A stretch of DNA of 64,000 nucleotides, taken from contig OZ024741.1 of NCBI GenBank assembly GCA_964016885.1, positions 312,480,001 to 312,544,000 on the forward strand, given 5' to 3'. The notes under the pieces are model-generated. The model saw only the letters and a program-made list of their open reading frames with translations, was not told where the DNA came from and made no database searches. A program made the position numbers and the translations under genes. This document shows positions 30,797 to 45,218 of the stretch, piece after piece (within the stretch, counting starts at the first letter, position 1; each line of letters opens with the position of its first letter). This stretch comes from Eledone cirrhosa. Its lineage: Eukaryota.

Positions 30797-33700
30797 ATGG
30801 AGACTAGAATGTCATGTGACAGACTCTCACCCAACAGGTGCTCCCTGGCTCAGCAGCAGGGACCTGGCTGTCAACCAAATACTGCTGCTGTCGGAGGAAG
30901 AAGAAGAAGGAAAGGGGCCAGAACCAACTGGACGAAAGAATTGAATAGAACTGTTATGCAATGTTACCTGAAAAGTAACCCCCAAGGAGATAGGCTATAG
31001 GAAAAGGATGCATAACATCTGGAACAAGATTGGTCCATTTAAATTAGATGAACAAAAAGTGGCCGGGTAGGCTCGGGTAATAAGAACTAATGGGTGGATA
31101 AGCGAGCTGGAACTGGAGGAACTGGGCAGAGAGATTAGCTTGGAGATGGAGGGTGGAGTATGCCGTGCAAACGAGCCAGTAGGAAATGAAGGTGAAGAGG
31201 TCGAGAGAACGGAGGAACCACCCGAAACAGACAATGATCTGAATGCTGAGATAAATAATACCTGGAACAGAGATACGGCCACTGAGGAGATGAATGCTGA
31301 CGGGCTAGGACAAGATTTGGTAGATATCCTAAACTTAGTGGTAGATGAATTGAACAATGGTAGTGGGAAACCTATGAACCTAAGATTTGTAGACAGGAAA
31401 AAGTTAAAAGAAACAACAGCTAAGGTAAACAAAGTCATCCCATACCTTGAGGCGAGGAGCCTTCACCAGTGCAACAATATCCTCAAAGCAACAGCAAATA
31501 CGGTGAGGAAACTACTTGGTATAAAAGCGAGAGGAAACAACAGACAAGAAAGAGCAGAGCCTTGGTGGAAGATACGACTGAGTGGTCAAATCAGGGAAAT
31601 GAGAAATGACATTGGAAAACTTGAGTCCATACTGAATGGGACACTAAAAAACATAGACACTAAAAATAGACTGGAAATAAAGTACAAAACTAGGAGGAAA
31701 AAGCTAAATATTATCATAGAGGAACTGAAGCAACGCATTGTAGCAAAAAGTGCAAAAATCAGGCGATACGGGAACAGAGTCAGCCAGTATAGACAGAAAC
31801 GCATGTTCGACAACAACCAGAAGATGCTGTTTGGACAGCTTGAAGGGAAAGAAAGAAGCAACGACTTGATCACTGAGGCGGAACAAACTAAGACATTCTG
31901 GAGAGGAATATGGGAGCAGGATGTTAAACATAATGACCAGGCAGTGTGGATTGAGACAGTACAGAAGGAGATCAGTGAACAGGCACGCCAACAAACTGAT
32001 TTGAGTATCACAGTTGAAACTCTTAAGGGGCAAGCCAAAAAACTAACCAACTGGAAATCACCTGGCCCAGATGGTGTGCAGGGGTATTGGATTAAAAACA
32101 TAACATCCCTCCACCCGAAACTGACAACCATGTTCAATGACTGCTTGATGTCAGGTGAGGTACCAGAGTGGTTGACAAAAGGTACCACAGTTCTGCTAAT
32201 GAAAGACCGAATCAAAGTTAATGATGTTACCAACTATAGACCTATCACATATCTGTCCGTAATGTAGAAACTGTTGACAAGCATTATGTCTGAGTAAATA
32301 TACCATCACCTCCACACAAACAACTTGTTACCGGACGAACAGAAAGGATGCCGAAAGAAGTCACGTGGTACAAAGGACCAGTTACTTATTGATAAGATGG
32401 TAATGAGGAATTGCAAGAGGAGACACACTGGTCTTGCCATGGGATGGATAGACTACAAAAAGGCATTTGACATGGTGCCTCATTCTTGGATCACCAAAAG
32501 CCTGGAGATCTTCAAGGTGGCAGATAATATCAGGGAGTTGTTGGGCAAAAGTATGAAGTCCTGGGAAACAGAGTTAACATCAACTGGAGAATCCTTGGGA
32601 AGCGTGAAGATCAAGAGAGGTATCTTCCAGGGAGATAGTCTGTCCCCTCTGTTGTTTGTCCTTGCCCTGATGCCCCTGACCAGTGTACTGCGAAAAGTGA
32701 GAGCAGGATACAGGTGGGGAAAGAGAGGGCTTACCATCAATCACCTCCTCTTCATGGACGATCTTAAGCTCTTCGGGAAGAGTGAGAAGGAGTTGGATGT
32801 GCTTGTTGACACTGTCCGTATTTTCAGCAATGATATATGTATGCAATTTCGTATTAGTAAGTGTGGAGTCATTGTGATGAGGAGGTGTAAGTTGAGCAGA
32901 AGTAACGGAATCCAGATACCAACAGGTGAGATGATAAAAGAAATTGACACTGAAGAAGGATACAAGTATTTGGGCGTTCTGGAGGCTGATGATATCAAGA
33001 ACAAAAAAATGAAGGAATTGATAAGAACTGAATACCTTCGGAGAGTAAGGAGCGTATTAATGTCACATATGAACAGTAGGAATGCCATAAGTGCAGTAAA
33101 TTCCCGAGCTGTGTCTATTATTAGGTACAGTGCGGGAATTCTGAGATGGAATGTTGCTGAACAAAAAGAAATGGATAGGAAGACTAGGAAGCTATTGACT
33201 ATCTACAATATATTCCACAAGAGCAGTGATGTCGACAGACTCTACTTAAGGAGATCTGAGGGTGGAAGAGGTCTTATCAGCATAGAGGACTGTGTTCAGA
33301 TGGAGAAAAACAACCTACATAAATACGTGACAGATAGTAAGGAGCCAATGATCAGAACTGTACTGAAGGAGGGGACAATAGGCCAGGGGATGTCCAAGGA
33401 GGTAATAACATCAAGAAGAAAGAGCAGCCTTCAGGAAAAATCCCTTCATGGTACCTTCTTTGAGGAAACTGAATTTAGAGATCCACAGACATGGAACTGG
33501 TTGAAAAGAGGAGACCTTAAAAAGGCTACAGAAGGAATGATAATGGCTGCGCAGGAGCAGGCTCTCAAAACGAAGTGGTTGAAACACCACATTTACAAGG
33601 AGGAGGCTAGCCCACTGTTCAGGATCTGTGGAGAGAGAGAGGAGACTGTGGCTCACATTGTATCCGAGTGTAAACACCTAGCCCAGTCTCACTATGAGGG

Positions 33701-34249
33701 CTGGAGACATGATGTGATGGGCAGGGTGATCCACAGGCACCTATGCAAAGTAAACAATTTACCATATTCTGGGAAGTGGTATGAGCATAAGCCAGAGTCG
33801 GTGATAGAAAACGATCAGGTGAAGGTGTTGTGCGATTTTAGGATACAGACGGACAAGAAACAGGAACACAATAGACCTGACCTGGTGGTTTTGGACAAAG
33901 AAAAAAGATCGTGCCTGATTGTGGATGTGGCCTGCCCATTCGACACGAGAGTGCAAGAGAAGGAGAGAGAGAAAATTAACCGATACCAGGGCTTAAAGTG
34001 GGAGGTAAAAGGGATTTGGAACTGCCATGAAATCAAAGTGATCCCTATTGTATTAGGCGCACTAGGGACTATCTCAAAAAGTTTCGAGGGATGGTTAAAG
34101 AAAATTGGCCCCTTCACGCTTTTTGGAACACTTCAACAGGCATGCTTGCTGGGAACAGCAAGAACCCTCCGATACGTCCTGAATATCTGAGGCTGCAGGT
34201 AGTAGCTTGATATTCATCTCAACAAACTTTCCAGTTAACTAACATCAAT
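30797..34249 (+). mobile_element. R4/Dong-clade non-LTR retrotransposon, family A copy 1 (near full-length, disabled)
   Basis: Motifs 'NWTKELN..VMQCY..S.P', 'WKSPGPDG', 'NYRPIT', 'EQKGC', 'WIDYKKAFD', '[10 protein letters not shown]', 'FMDDLK', 'YKYLG', 'GGRGL', degenerate CCHC, 'RHD' and 'RPD..VDVACP..EK..RY'. Stops at ~31068, 32265 and 32295, plus a frameshift near 30990. Confidence 0.93.
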
Positions 34250-34629
34250 ATTCCCCTGTTAACTTGAGAAAGAAAGGGGAAGGTGGCGGTATCACTAGAC
34301 AGGATAGAGGCTAGCAAAAGATATAAATAGATTGACTTGGTGACCTTGCCACCGGCCAAACGTCTACATCAACAATTGTGGGACTGCTGGCTCACCCCTT
34401 CCTCACCAACAATATAAAAAGCCCCGGCACCACCACCGACATAGCCAACAACAATAACAGCCAACTACAACAAAAAGTATATTATATTATTGTAATGCAC
34501 TGGGTGATTGCTGGCCTTGTGCCTGGAGTGGAGACAATTATTAATAATTTCATTCTTAAGCCACGCAATGCTCACATTAAGGAACCACTCATGATAATAA
34601 CAATTTAAAAAAAAACAACAAAAAGAAAA

Positions 34630-37600
34630 CCCCGTGACCAAGAAATACCGGGATGGCGGCCGGCGGGGAATAGCCATGTCTCTAGGGGAGAACGACCCCT
34701 CTAGTCTTGGTTGACACTCGTTCTAGAAGTGGTAACACGAAATGATTACCCCTTGGCGGATAAGGATAAAACGCGACAAAATAAAGTAAATGTCTAATGA
34801 TAAAATCTCATACTGGATCGGCCGTCACCCGGGTAAAAAAGGGCTGCGTCCCTCAGAGAGGAACCAGACTGGGGTCGAAAAATCAGCTAATGGTTCAAAC
34901 CTTCCCATCACTTCGGAGCTGGAGACCTCCCATAACCGGAATACTCCTACTGTTGGCCCTCCATGCTCACCACCAATAAATCCAAAGAAAAGGAGAGAAA
35001 AATGGTCAAGGGAAGATAATAAAGAAGTCCTTGAGGCTTTCTACACTGCCATGTACTACCCATCAAATACATCGAATACAGAACAAACATATATCAACTG
35101 GAAATAGTAACATCTCGAAAACAGAGGCTATATTGACAGTAACAAACTAGCCAATATACGAAGAAATATTGTAAGAAAAAAGTTACTAACTGATATAGAA
35201 ATTGATCAGATCAAGCTATTAGCACAAAGTCAGCGAAGGGAAAATGAAGCATGTGTCAGTGAAAACGAGGTAAACTGTAACACTTCGAATCCCAGGGTTG
35301 GGACGGAATCACTGGCAACAGAACAAATTAAAGAAAGGAGCGAAAAAGTGGAGGGAGTACATGCTCAGGATGAAACTCCAAATGAAAATAATGAGATCGT
35401 AAATGATAAAGAAATGAACGAGAATGAACTTGCCAACTTGAAGGATGAAATTATGATCGAATGGATGAAAATGAAAGAATCTGACATGGGGCAACGAGAC
35501 ACCCTCCCTAAGATCCAGAACTCCAAATAGAACCAAAAGATAATACACAAGACTAACATAATTCTCAAAAACATTATCATCACAAACAAACTAAACATTA
35601 CTGACTTAAATCATCTCTATTATGCATCGGCTAAAGTCACCACTCACTTATGTGGAGTGAAGATGAAAAAACAAAGGAATTCCCACAAGAAATCTACTTG
35701 GCAAGATAACATCAATCGCCAAATAAACCTTCTCCGATCTGACATAGAAATTTTAACAAACTATAAAGTGGTGAACATGTTAAACAAACTAAACTTAGAA
35801 AATTGAAAAAAAAGTACAGTATAAGATCAACATGTGACATAGACATGCTGATAGAAACAATCAAGCAAAAAATGTCGGCCAAAGCTGCTCGTATAAGGCG
35901 CTTTGAAAAACGATCTAGATTCTATAAGGACAATAATATGTTCAAAAACAACCAAAGAAATTTCTACAGAAAAATTGGTAAGTCATCAATACCACCCAAG
36001 GAGGAAGTGCAAGTATTCTGGGAAAAGATCTGGGCCGAAGAAAAAGTTCATAACATACATGCCCCATGGACAGACAGATGAAAGAAACAGCTCACCTTGA
36101 AGAACAAACATGGGAAAATATAACAGTTGAACAGCTGCGCTTGGCTCTAAGAAAAACCAGCAAATGGAAATCCCCAGGAAAAGACAAAATACAAAACTTT
36201 TGGATAAATGCCTTCACAGAGTCTCATGAGCTGTTAGCCCAACTTTACAATGAAATAGTTAAGGAGCCAGAAAAGATACCATCATGGCTAGTTAACGGCA
36301 TTACATTCCTGCTACCGAAGAATGATGAGACAAACAATCCCAAAAATTACAGACCGATAACCTGCTTGACCACAATGTATAACATTTTAACATCAGTCCT
36401 AACTGAATACACATATGACCACCTGATAACAAATGACCTATTTCCCATTGAGCAGAAAGGGTGTAAACGAGGCTCATATGGCTGTAAGGATCAGCTTCTG
36501 ATTAACAAAATGATACTGGAAGATTGTCATAATAAACACAAAAATCTATCGATTGCTTGGATAGATTATAAAAAAGCATTTGATAGTTTGCCACACAGTT
36601 GGATTGAAAAATGTTTAGAGATTTTCAAAATATCCCCCGTTGTCAGGAGGTTTTTGTCATTCAGTATGAGGACATGGAGAACGACACTCCTTTTGAATAG
36701 TGAAACAAAATCACTGGAAGCTGGAGAAGTTAACATTAATTGTGGAATTTTTCAGGGTGACTCTTTATCACCGCTTTTATTCTGCATCGCACTTATACCA
36801 TTAAGTAAAATGCTCAATGAAACAAAACATGGATATAGAGTCTAGGACAAAACCATTAATCACCTATTCTACATGGATGACCTGAAACTATTTTCAAAAA
36901 ATGATGAACAATTGCAAGGGCTATTATCCACTGTGAAGCAGTTCAGTGATGACATTAAAATGGAGTTTGGACTGGATAAATGCGCCAAAGCAACGTTCAC
37001 CAGAGGAAAGCTGCTGAAGAGTTCAGACATTAATCTTTATCGGGGGAACGTGATAAGAGAGCTTGATCAAGAACAAAGTTACAAATATCTAGGTGTTTGT
37101 GAAGGAGACGGAATCAAGCACTCGACAATGAGGGAAAGGATAAGGAAGGAATGTTACCGCAGAGTCAGAGCAATCTTAAGAACGGAATTGAATGCAAGGA
37201 ATAGGATCGATGCCATAAACACGCTTGCCATACCAGTAGTAACCTACAGTTACAATGTCATCAACTGGTCAAGCACAGAGATCCGTAGGCTCGATACAAA
37301 AATCCGAAAATTCTTAACCATGCACAGAATGCATCACCCTAAGGCAGACATAGATAGAATATATCTCCCTAGGAAAGAAGGAGGACGTGGGTTAATCCAG
37401 TTAGACATTGCGTTGAAAACTGCAACAATAGGATTATCCACATATCTAAGGGAATCACATGATTGGATGATCAAACTCGTTTTGAAACACGAAAGCACCA
37501 AAAGATCATATTCCATTACAAAAGATGCAGAAATATACAGTAATGGACTACAAATTTCAGAAGTCCCATTTACTGCTGAAATGGAAAACACAGAAAAAGC

Positions 37601-38562
37601 AAAGCAGGTAAAAGTAACTGCAAAGAAAGAACTGCTACAGAAACTGGCTAAGAAATGGCAAGAAAAGCCTCTGTATGGAAAATACCCAGAGCGAGTTAAC
37701 AATCCTGATGTTGACAAAACTTTAACCCATCAGTGGTTGGCATCCTCTGGACTGAAATCGGAGACTGACGGACTGATTATATCCGCACAAGATCAGTGTC
37801 TGCCAAAAAAAAATTACCAAGCCAACATAATAAAAAATGGGTGCAGCCCATTATGCCGTGTATGCAAAAAACAACCAGAGACCATTGACCATATAATTTC
37901 AATGTGCAGTCCTATAGCTCCAACCGAATACCTAAACAGGCATGACAGAGCTGCTCAATACATACATTGGATAATGTGTAAGCATTTTGACCTGCCCCAT
38001 CAAAAGAATTGGTGGGAGCATCAACCACCTCCCATACTTGAAAAAGATCACTTCTCAATCTTGTGGAACTTTAGCATCCAAACAGACCGAAAAATAGATG
38101 CAAATAGACCTGATATAATATTGAAGGACTTTCAAAGGAGGGTATGCCTGCTAATTGATATGTCTGTTCCAATGGACAAGAATGTATCTATAAAAACATT
38201 TGAAAAATTGAGCAAGTATAAGGACCTGGAGATAGAAATTGGAAAAATGTGGAAATTGAGAACTAAAACAATACCAGTGGTTGTAGGCGCTCTGGGAATG
38301 ATACTTAAGGGGTCTAACAACTACTTATCGCAAATCACAGGAAACCCGCGTATAGGAGAAATACAAAAGTTAGTACTAATGGGAACTGCCCATATACTAA
38401 GGAAGATCCTGTCAATATAAGTACATCACAAGTCTAAACACTAAGGATGCATGTGTGAATATGTGTGTTCTTTCTTGAACATGGCGGACCTTGTTGTCTC
38501 TTGAGGTCACTGGTTGTGACTTGGTGATAACTCGTATAAACATAAAGCAAGATAAATGCAAA
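34630..38562 (+). mobile_element. R4/Dong-clade non-LTR retrotransposon, distinct family B (near full-length, disabled)
   Basis: ORF pieces 34790-38420 carry 'REKWSREDN', 'WKSPGKDKI', '[10 protein letters not shown]', 'YMDDLK', intact 'CRVCK..ETIDHIISMC', 'RHD' and 'RPDI..IDMSVP..EK..KY'. Stops at ~35105, 35528 and 36843, plus frameshifts. It ends in (TAA)n. Confidence 0.93.
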
Positions 38563-38564
38563 TG

Positions 38565-38624
<60 letters not shown>
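38563..38624. repeat. (TAA)~20 tail/target microsatellite between two Dong-like elements
   Basis: Direct sequence. Confidence 0.95.
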
Positions 38625-40228
38625 GTCCTTGCCCTGATGCCCTTGACCATCATGCTGCGAAATGTGAGAGCAGGATACAAGTTGGGAAGGGGAGAGCTTA
38701 CCATCAATCACCTCCTCTTCATGGACGATCTTAAGCTCTTCGGGAAAAGTGAGAAGGAGTTGGATGTGCTTGTTGACAATGTCCGTATTTTCAGCAGTGA
38801 TATATGTATGCAGTTTGGTATTGGTAAATGTGGAGTCATTGTGATGAGGAGGGGTAGGTTGAGCAGAAGTAACGGGATCCAGATACCAACAGGTGAGATG
38901 ATAAAGGAAATTGACTCTGAGGAAGGATAGAAGTATTTGGGCGTTCTGGAGGCTGATGGCATAAAGAACAAAAAAATGAAGGAATTGTTAAGAACTGAAT
39001 ACATTCGGAGAGTAAGAAGCGTATTGAAGTCACATCTGAACAGCAGAAATGCCATAAGCGCAGTAAATTCCCGAGCTGTGTCTATTATTAGGTACAGTGC
39101 GGGAATTCTGAGATGGAATGTTGCTGAACAAAAAGAAATGGATAGGAAGACTAGGAAGCTATTGACTATCTACAACATGTTCCACAAGAGGAGTGATGTC
39201 GATAGACTCTACCTAAGGAGATCTGAGGGTGGAAGAGGTCTTATCAGCATAGAGGACTGTGTTCAGATGGAGAAAAACAACCTATACAAATACGTGACCT
39301 ATAGTAAGGAGCCAATGCTCAGAGCTGTACTGAAGGGGGGGACAGTAGGCCAGGGGATGTCCAAGGAGGAAATAACATCAAGGAGGAAGAGCAGCCTTAA
39401 GGGAAAATCCCTTCATAGTACCTTCTTTGAGAAAACTGAATTTAGAGATCCACAGACATGGAACTGGTTGAGAAGAGGAGACCTCAAAAAGGCTACAGAA
39501 GGAATGCTAGTGGCTGCGCAGGAGCAGGCCCTCAAAACGAAGTGGTTGAAGCACCATATTTACAAGGAGGAGGCTAGCCCACTGTGCAGGATCTGTGGAG
39601 AGAGAGAGGAGACTGTGGCTCACATTGTGTCCGAGTGTAAACACCTAGCCGAGACCCACTATAAGGGCTGGAGACACGATGTGATGGGCAGGGTGATCCA
39701 CTGGCACCTGTGCAAAGTAAACAATTTACCACATTCTGAGAAATGGTATGAGCATAGGCCAGAGGCGGTGATGGAGAACAATCAGGTGAAGGTGCTGTGG
39801 GATTTTAGGATACAGACGGACAAAAAACTGGAACACAATAGACCTGACCTGGTGGTTGTGGACAAAGAAAAAAGATCGTGTCTGATTGTGGATGTGGCCT
39901 GCCCGTTCGACACGAGAGTGCAAGAGAGGAGAGGGAGAAAATTAACCGATACCAGGACCTAAAGTGGGAGGTGAAAAGGATTTGGAACTGCCATGAAGTC
40001 AAAGTGATCCCGATTGTCATAGGCGCACTGGGGACTATCTCAAAAAGTTTCCAGTGAAGGTTAAAGAAAATCGGCCCCTTCACGCTTTTTGGAACGCTTC
40101 AAAAGGCATGCTTGCTTGGAACAGCAAGAACCCTCCGATACGTCCTGAATATCTGAGGCTGCAGGTAGTGGCTTGATATTCAATCCAACGGACTTTCCAG
40201 TTAACCAACATCAATGATGAGATTCAAA
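38625..40228 (+). mobile_element. Dong/R4 family A copy 2, 5'-truncated within RT
   Basis: Begins 'VLALMPLT' immediately after (TAA)n and has an intact CCHC. Stops and a frameshift are present; the 3' UTR matches A1, A3 and A4. Confidence 0.93.
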
Positions 40229-40378
40229 GAAGAAGAAGAAGAAGAAGAAGAAGAAGAAGAAGAAGAAGAAGAAGAAGAAGAAGAAGAAGAAGAAGAAGAA
40301 GAAGAAGAAGAAGAAGAAGAAGAAGAAGAAGAAGAAGAAGAAGAAGAAGAAGAAGAAGAAGAAGAAGAAGAAGAAGAA

Positions 40379-40417
<39 letters not shown>
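40229..40417. repeat. (GAA)50(GAC)13 compound trinucleotide tract
   Basis: Direct count from the sequence. Confidence 0.95.
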
Positions 40418-40418
<1 letters not shown>

Positions 40419-40423
40419 TACGT

Positions 40424-41780
40424 GGTGGATAGAAGGTCATGAAATCGCTCCCGTATGTTTTTGATTTTTAACATATTTAAATCAATTGTGAAATAACAAT
40501 TCTTTGTACAAATGATGCATAAAGCACCAGACTCAAGCCTCAGAAAAATTCGGATCCATAATACATTGTTATATCGCTCAAATATTCAATTTTGTATTAT
40601 ACATTTTATATTCAAAAAAGAGAATGGTTATAAATGGAAAGAAAACCTCCTCTGTCTACACTATATAGAACAGCCAAATCACAGCAATTTCAACAACACC
40701 ACAAACTAGATACACCACCTATCCCATCACCCTCCTCTGTGTACACTAATTACAACAGCCAGATAACGGCAATTTCACTACCACGACCACCAATCTCAGC
40801 ATAATAATTATAATTACTATTATTATTGTCTCAAGTTTTCACAAAATGTTTAATTCCAATATTAAGTTAATATGTCAACACATATATTAAACATACGCGA
40901 CTAACAGCATAGATTCACCGATCAAACAAAACTACAGTCTATTCAACAAAACTCAGTAACGACAACGCCATCACTATAGTCACCGCCGCCACCACCCATC
41001 CATCATTGCTACCACTATCCCATCACCGCCGCCACCACTCTTCATTGCTACCACCGCGATTTGCCCATTACCTTCTGTTAACTTACGAAAGGGGAAGGTG
41101 GCGGTATCACTAGACAATATTAAAAAACAATATTAATATTTAATTTTGGATCAGGGATGTTGGAGTCGAAAAGGATGAAAATGGCAAAATGACTAAATAG
41201 CTAAATAGCTAAAGATAATTTCACCACCAACACCACCACCACTACGACGCTAAAAACTCTGGTCAAGTTGGCTCAACCTCTATTTCTACTTCAACTTCAA
41301 CACCATCACTACAGTACTACGATCACATCACCACCACTACTATTCACATCACTACCGCCGCTATTCTCTCCCACTACGTCCTGCTACATCGTAGTGTCCT
41401 CACTAAAAGAGGAAGGCATCAAAATATATAAATAGACTGAACCAAAATCAAAATCAAAGCAGCACAGCAACAACGAAAAACGTAAAGAAAAGAAAAATGA
41501 AGAGAAAAACAAACAGACGGGCAGAGAAGGGAAGGGAAAAACTAAGTCAGACATTCAAACATTACATTACAATGAAACTTATGCTTATTCATTTTTGGGG
41601 GTTTTTTTGCCTGTTTGTTTGTTTGTTTATTTATGTTCGTCTACAGAGTGATAATACCACACAAAAATCACCGGGAGTGACGAAATCACCGGAGGTAATG
41701 AAATCACAGGTGGTTATGTAACCATACATTCGCCAATCCTCGATAAGAGTGTATAAATGTCGAAACTAAACAGTTTGAAT
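40424..41780 (+). repeat. Second copy of the ACC-rich upstream block
   Basis: Homologous to 29188-30790. It contains extra segments, one of which also follows A1 at ~34255-34300. Confidence 0.8.
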
Positions 41781-41789
41781 AACGGTGAA

Positions 41790-44700
41790 ATGGAGACTAG
41801 AATGTCATGTGACAGACTCTAACCCAACAGGTGCTCCCTGGCTCGACAGCAGGGACCTGGCTGTCACCAAATACTGCTGGTGTCGGAGGAAGAAGAAGGA
41901 AAGGGACAAGAACCAACTGGACGAAAGAACTGAATAGAACTGTTATGCAATGTTACCTGAAGAGTAACCCCAAGGAGAAAGGTTATAGGAAACGGATGCA
42001 TAACATCTGGAACGAGATTGGTCTATTTAAATTAGATGAACAAAAATTGGCCGGGCAGGCTCGGATAATAAGAACTAATGGGTGGATAAGCGAGCTTTAA
42101 CTGGAGGAACTGAGCAGAGAGATTAGTTTGGAAATGGAGAGTGGAGTATGCCAGGCAAACGAGCCAGTGGGAAATGAAGGTGAAGAGATCGAGAGAACGG
42201 AGGAACCACCCGAAGCAGACAATGATCTGAATGCTGAGATAAATAATACCTGGAACAGAGATACGGCCACTGAGGAGATGAATTCTGACGGGCTAGGACA
42301 ATATTTGGTTGATATCCTAAACTTAGTGGTAGATGAATTGAACAATGGTAGTGGGAAACCTATGAACCTAAGATTTGTAGACAGGAAAAAATTAAAAGAA
42401 ACAACAGCTAAGGTAAACAAAGTCATCCCATACCTTGAGGCGAGGAGCCTTCACCAGTGCAACAATATCCTCAAAGCAACAGCAATACGGTGAGGAAATT
42501 ACTTGGTATAAAAGCGAGAGGAAACAACAAACAAGAAAGATCAGAGCCTTGGTGGAAGAAACGACTGAGTGGTCAAATCAGGGAAATGAGAAATGACATT
42601 GGAAAGCTTGAGTCCATAATGAATGGGACACTAAAAAACATAGACACTAAAAATATACTAAAAATAAAGTACAAAACTAGGAGGAAAAAGCTAAATATTA
42701 TCATATAGGAACTGAAGCAACGCATTGTAGCAAAGAGTGCAAAAATTAGGCGATACGAGAACAGAGTCAGTCAGTATAGACAGAACCGCATGTTTGACAA
42801 CAACCAAGATGCTGTTTGGACAGCTTGAAGGGAAAGAAAGAGGCAACGACTTGATCCCTGAGGCGGAACAAACTAAAACCTTCTGGAGAGGAATATGGGA
42901 GCAGGATGTTAAACATAATGACCAGGCAGTGTGGATTGAGACAGTACAGAAGGAGATTAGTGAAAAGGCACACCAACAAACTGATTTGAGTATCAGAGTT
43001 GAAACTCTTAAGGGGTAGGCCAACAAACTAACCAACTGGAAATTACAACGCCCAGATAGTGTGCAGGGCTATTGGATAACAAATATAACATCCCTCCACC
43101 CGAAACTGACAACCATGTTCAATGACTGCTTGATGTCAGGTGAGGTACCAGAGTGGTTGACAAAAGGTACCACAGTTCTGATAATGAAAGACCGAATCAA
43201 GGGTAATGATGTTACCAACTATAGACCTATTACATGTCTGTCCGTAATGTGGAAACTGTTGACAAGCATTGTGTCTGAGGAGATCTACTATCACCTCCAC
43301 ACAAACAACTTGTTACCGGACGAACAGAAAGGATGCCGAAAGAAGTCCCGTGGTACAAAGGACCAGTTACTTATTGATAAGATGGTAATGAGGAATTGCA
43401 AGAGAAGACACACTGGTCTTGCCATGGGATGGATAGACTACAAAAAGGCATTTGACATGGTGCCTCATTCTTGGATCACCAAAAGCCTGGAGATCTTCAG
43501 GGTGGCAGATAACATCAGACAGTTGTTGGGCAAAAGAATGAAGTCCTGGGAAACAGAGTTAACATCAGCTGGAGTTTCCTTGGGAAGCGTAAATATCAAG
43601 AGAGGTATCTTCCAGGGAGATTGTCTGTCCCCTCTGTTGTTTGTCTTTGCCCTGATGCCCCTGACCAGTATACTGCGAAAAGTGAGGGCAGGATACAGGT
43701 TGGGAAAGGGAGAGCTTACCATCAATCACCTCCTCTTCATGGACGATCTTCAGCTCTTCGGGAAGAGTGAGAAGGAGTTGGATGGTCTTGTTGACACTGT
43801 CCGTATTTTCAGCAATGATATATGTATGCAATTTGGTATTAGTAAGTGTGGAGTCAGTGTGATGAGGAGAGGTAAGTTGAGCAGAAGTAACGGAATCCAG
43901 ATACCAACAGGTGAGATGATAAAAGAAATTAACTCTGAAGAAGGATACAAGTATTTGGGCGTTCTGGAGGCTGATGACATCAAGAACAAAAGAATGAAGG
44001 AATTGATAAGAACTGAATACCTTCGGAGAGTAAGGAGCGTATTAAAGTCACATCTGAAGAGTAGGAATGCCATAAGTGCAGTAAATTCCCGAGCTGTGTC
44101 TATTATTAGGTACAGTGCGGGAATTCTGAGATGGAATGTTGCTGAACAAAAAGAAATGGATAGGAAGACTAGGAAGCTATTGACTATCTACAACATGTTC
44201 CACAAGAGGAGTGATGTCGATAGATTCTACTTAAGGAGATCTGAAGGTGGAAGAGGTCTTATCAGCATAGAGGACTGTGTTCAGATGGAGAAAAACAACC
44301 TACACAAATACGTGACTGATAGTAAGGAGCCAATGCTCAGAACTGTACTGAAGGAGAGGACAATAGACCAGGGGATGTCCAAGGAGGAAATAACATCAAG
44401 GAGAAAGAGCAGCCTTCAGGAAAAATCCCTTCATGGTACCTTTTTGAGAAAACTGAATTCAGAGATCAACAGACATGGAACTGGTTGAAAAGAGGAGACC
44501 TTTAAAAGGCTACAGAAGGAATGTTAATGGCGGCACAAGAGCAGGCCCTCAAAATGAAGTGGTTGAAACACCCTATTTACAAGGAGGAGGCTAGCCGATT
44601 GTGCAGGATCTGTGGAGAGAGAGAGGAGACTGTGGCTCACATTGTATCCGAGTGTAAAGACCTAGCCCAGACTCACTATAAGGGCATGGTGTGATGGGCA

Positions 44701-45160
44701 GGGTGATCCACTGGCACCTATGCAAAGTAAACAACGTACCACATTCTGAGAATTGGTATGAGTATAAGCCAGAGTCGGTGATAGAAAATGATCAGGTGAA
44801 GGTGCTGTGAGATTTTAGGATACAGACGGACAAGAAACTGGAACACAATAGACCTGACCTGGGTGTTTTGGACAAAGAAAAAAGATCGTGCCTCATTGTG
44901 GATGTGGCTTGCCCATTCGACACGAGAGTGCAAGAGAAGGAGAGGGAGAAAATTAACCGATACCAGGACTTAAAGTGGGAGGTAAAAAGGATTTGGAACT
45001 GCCATGAAGTCAAAGTGGTCCCGATTGTCATAGGCGCATTAGGTACTATCTCAAAAAGAACCCTCCGATACGTCCTGAATATCTGAGGCTGCAGGTAATG
45101 GATTGATATTCATTTCAACAAACTTCCCAGTTAACTAACATCAATGACTGAGACTCAAAG
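41790..45160 (+). mobile_element. Dong/R4 family A copy 3 (near full-length, disabled), followed by (TAA)n
   Basis: Colinear with A1, with multiple stops and frameshifts and an ~80-bp deletion near 45057. Confidence 0.93.
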
Positions 45161-45218
45161 AATAATAACAATAATAATAATAATAATAATAATGGACATT
45201 ATTATTATTATTGTTCTT

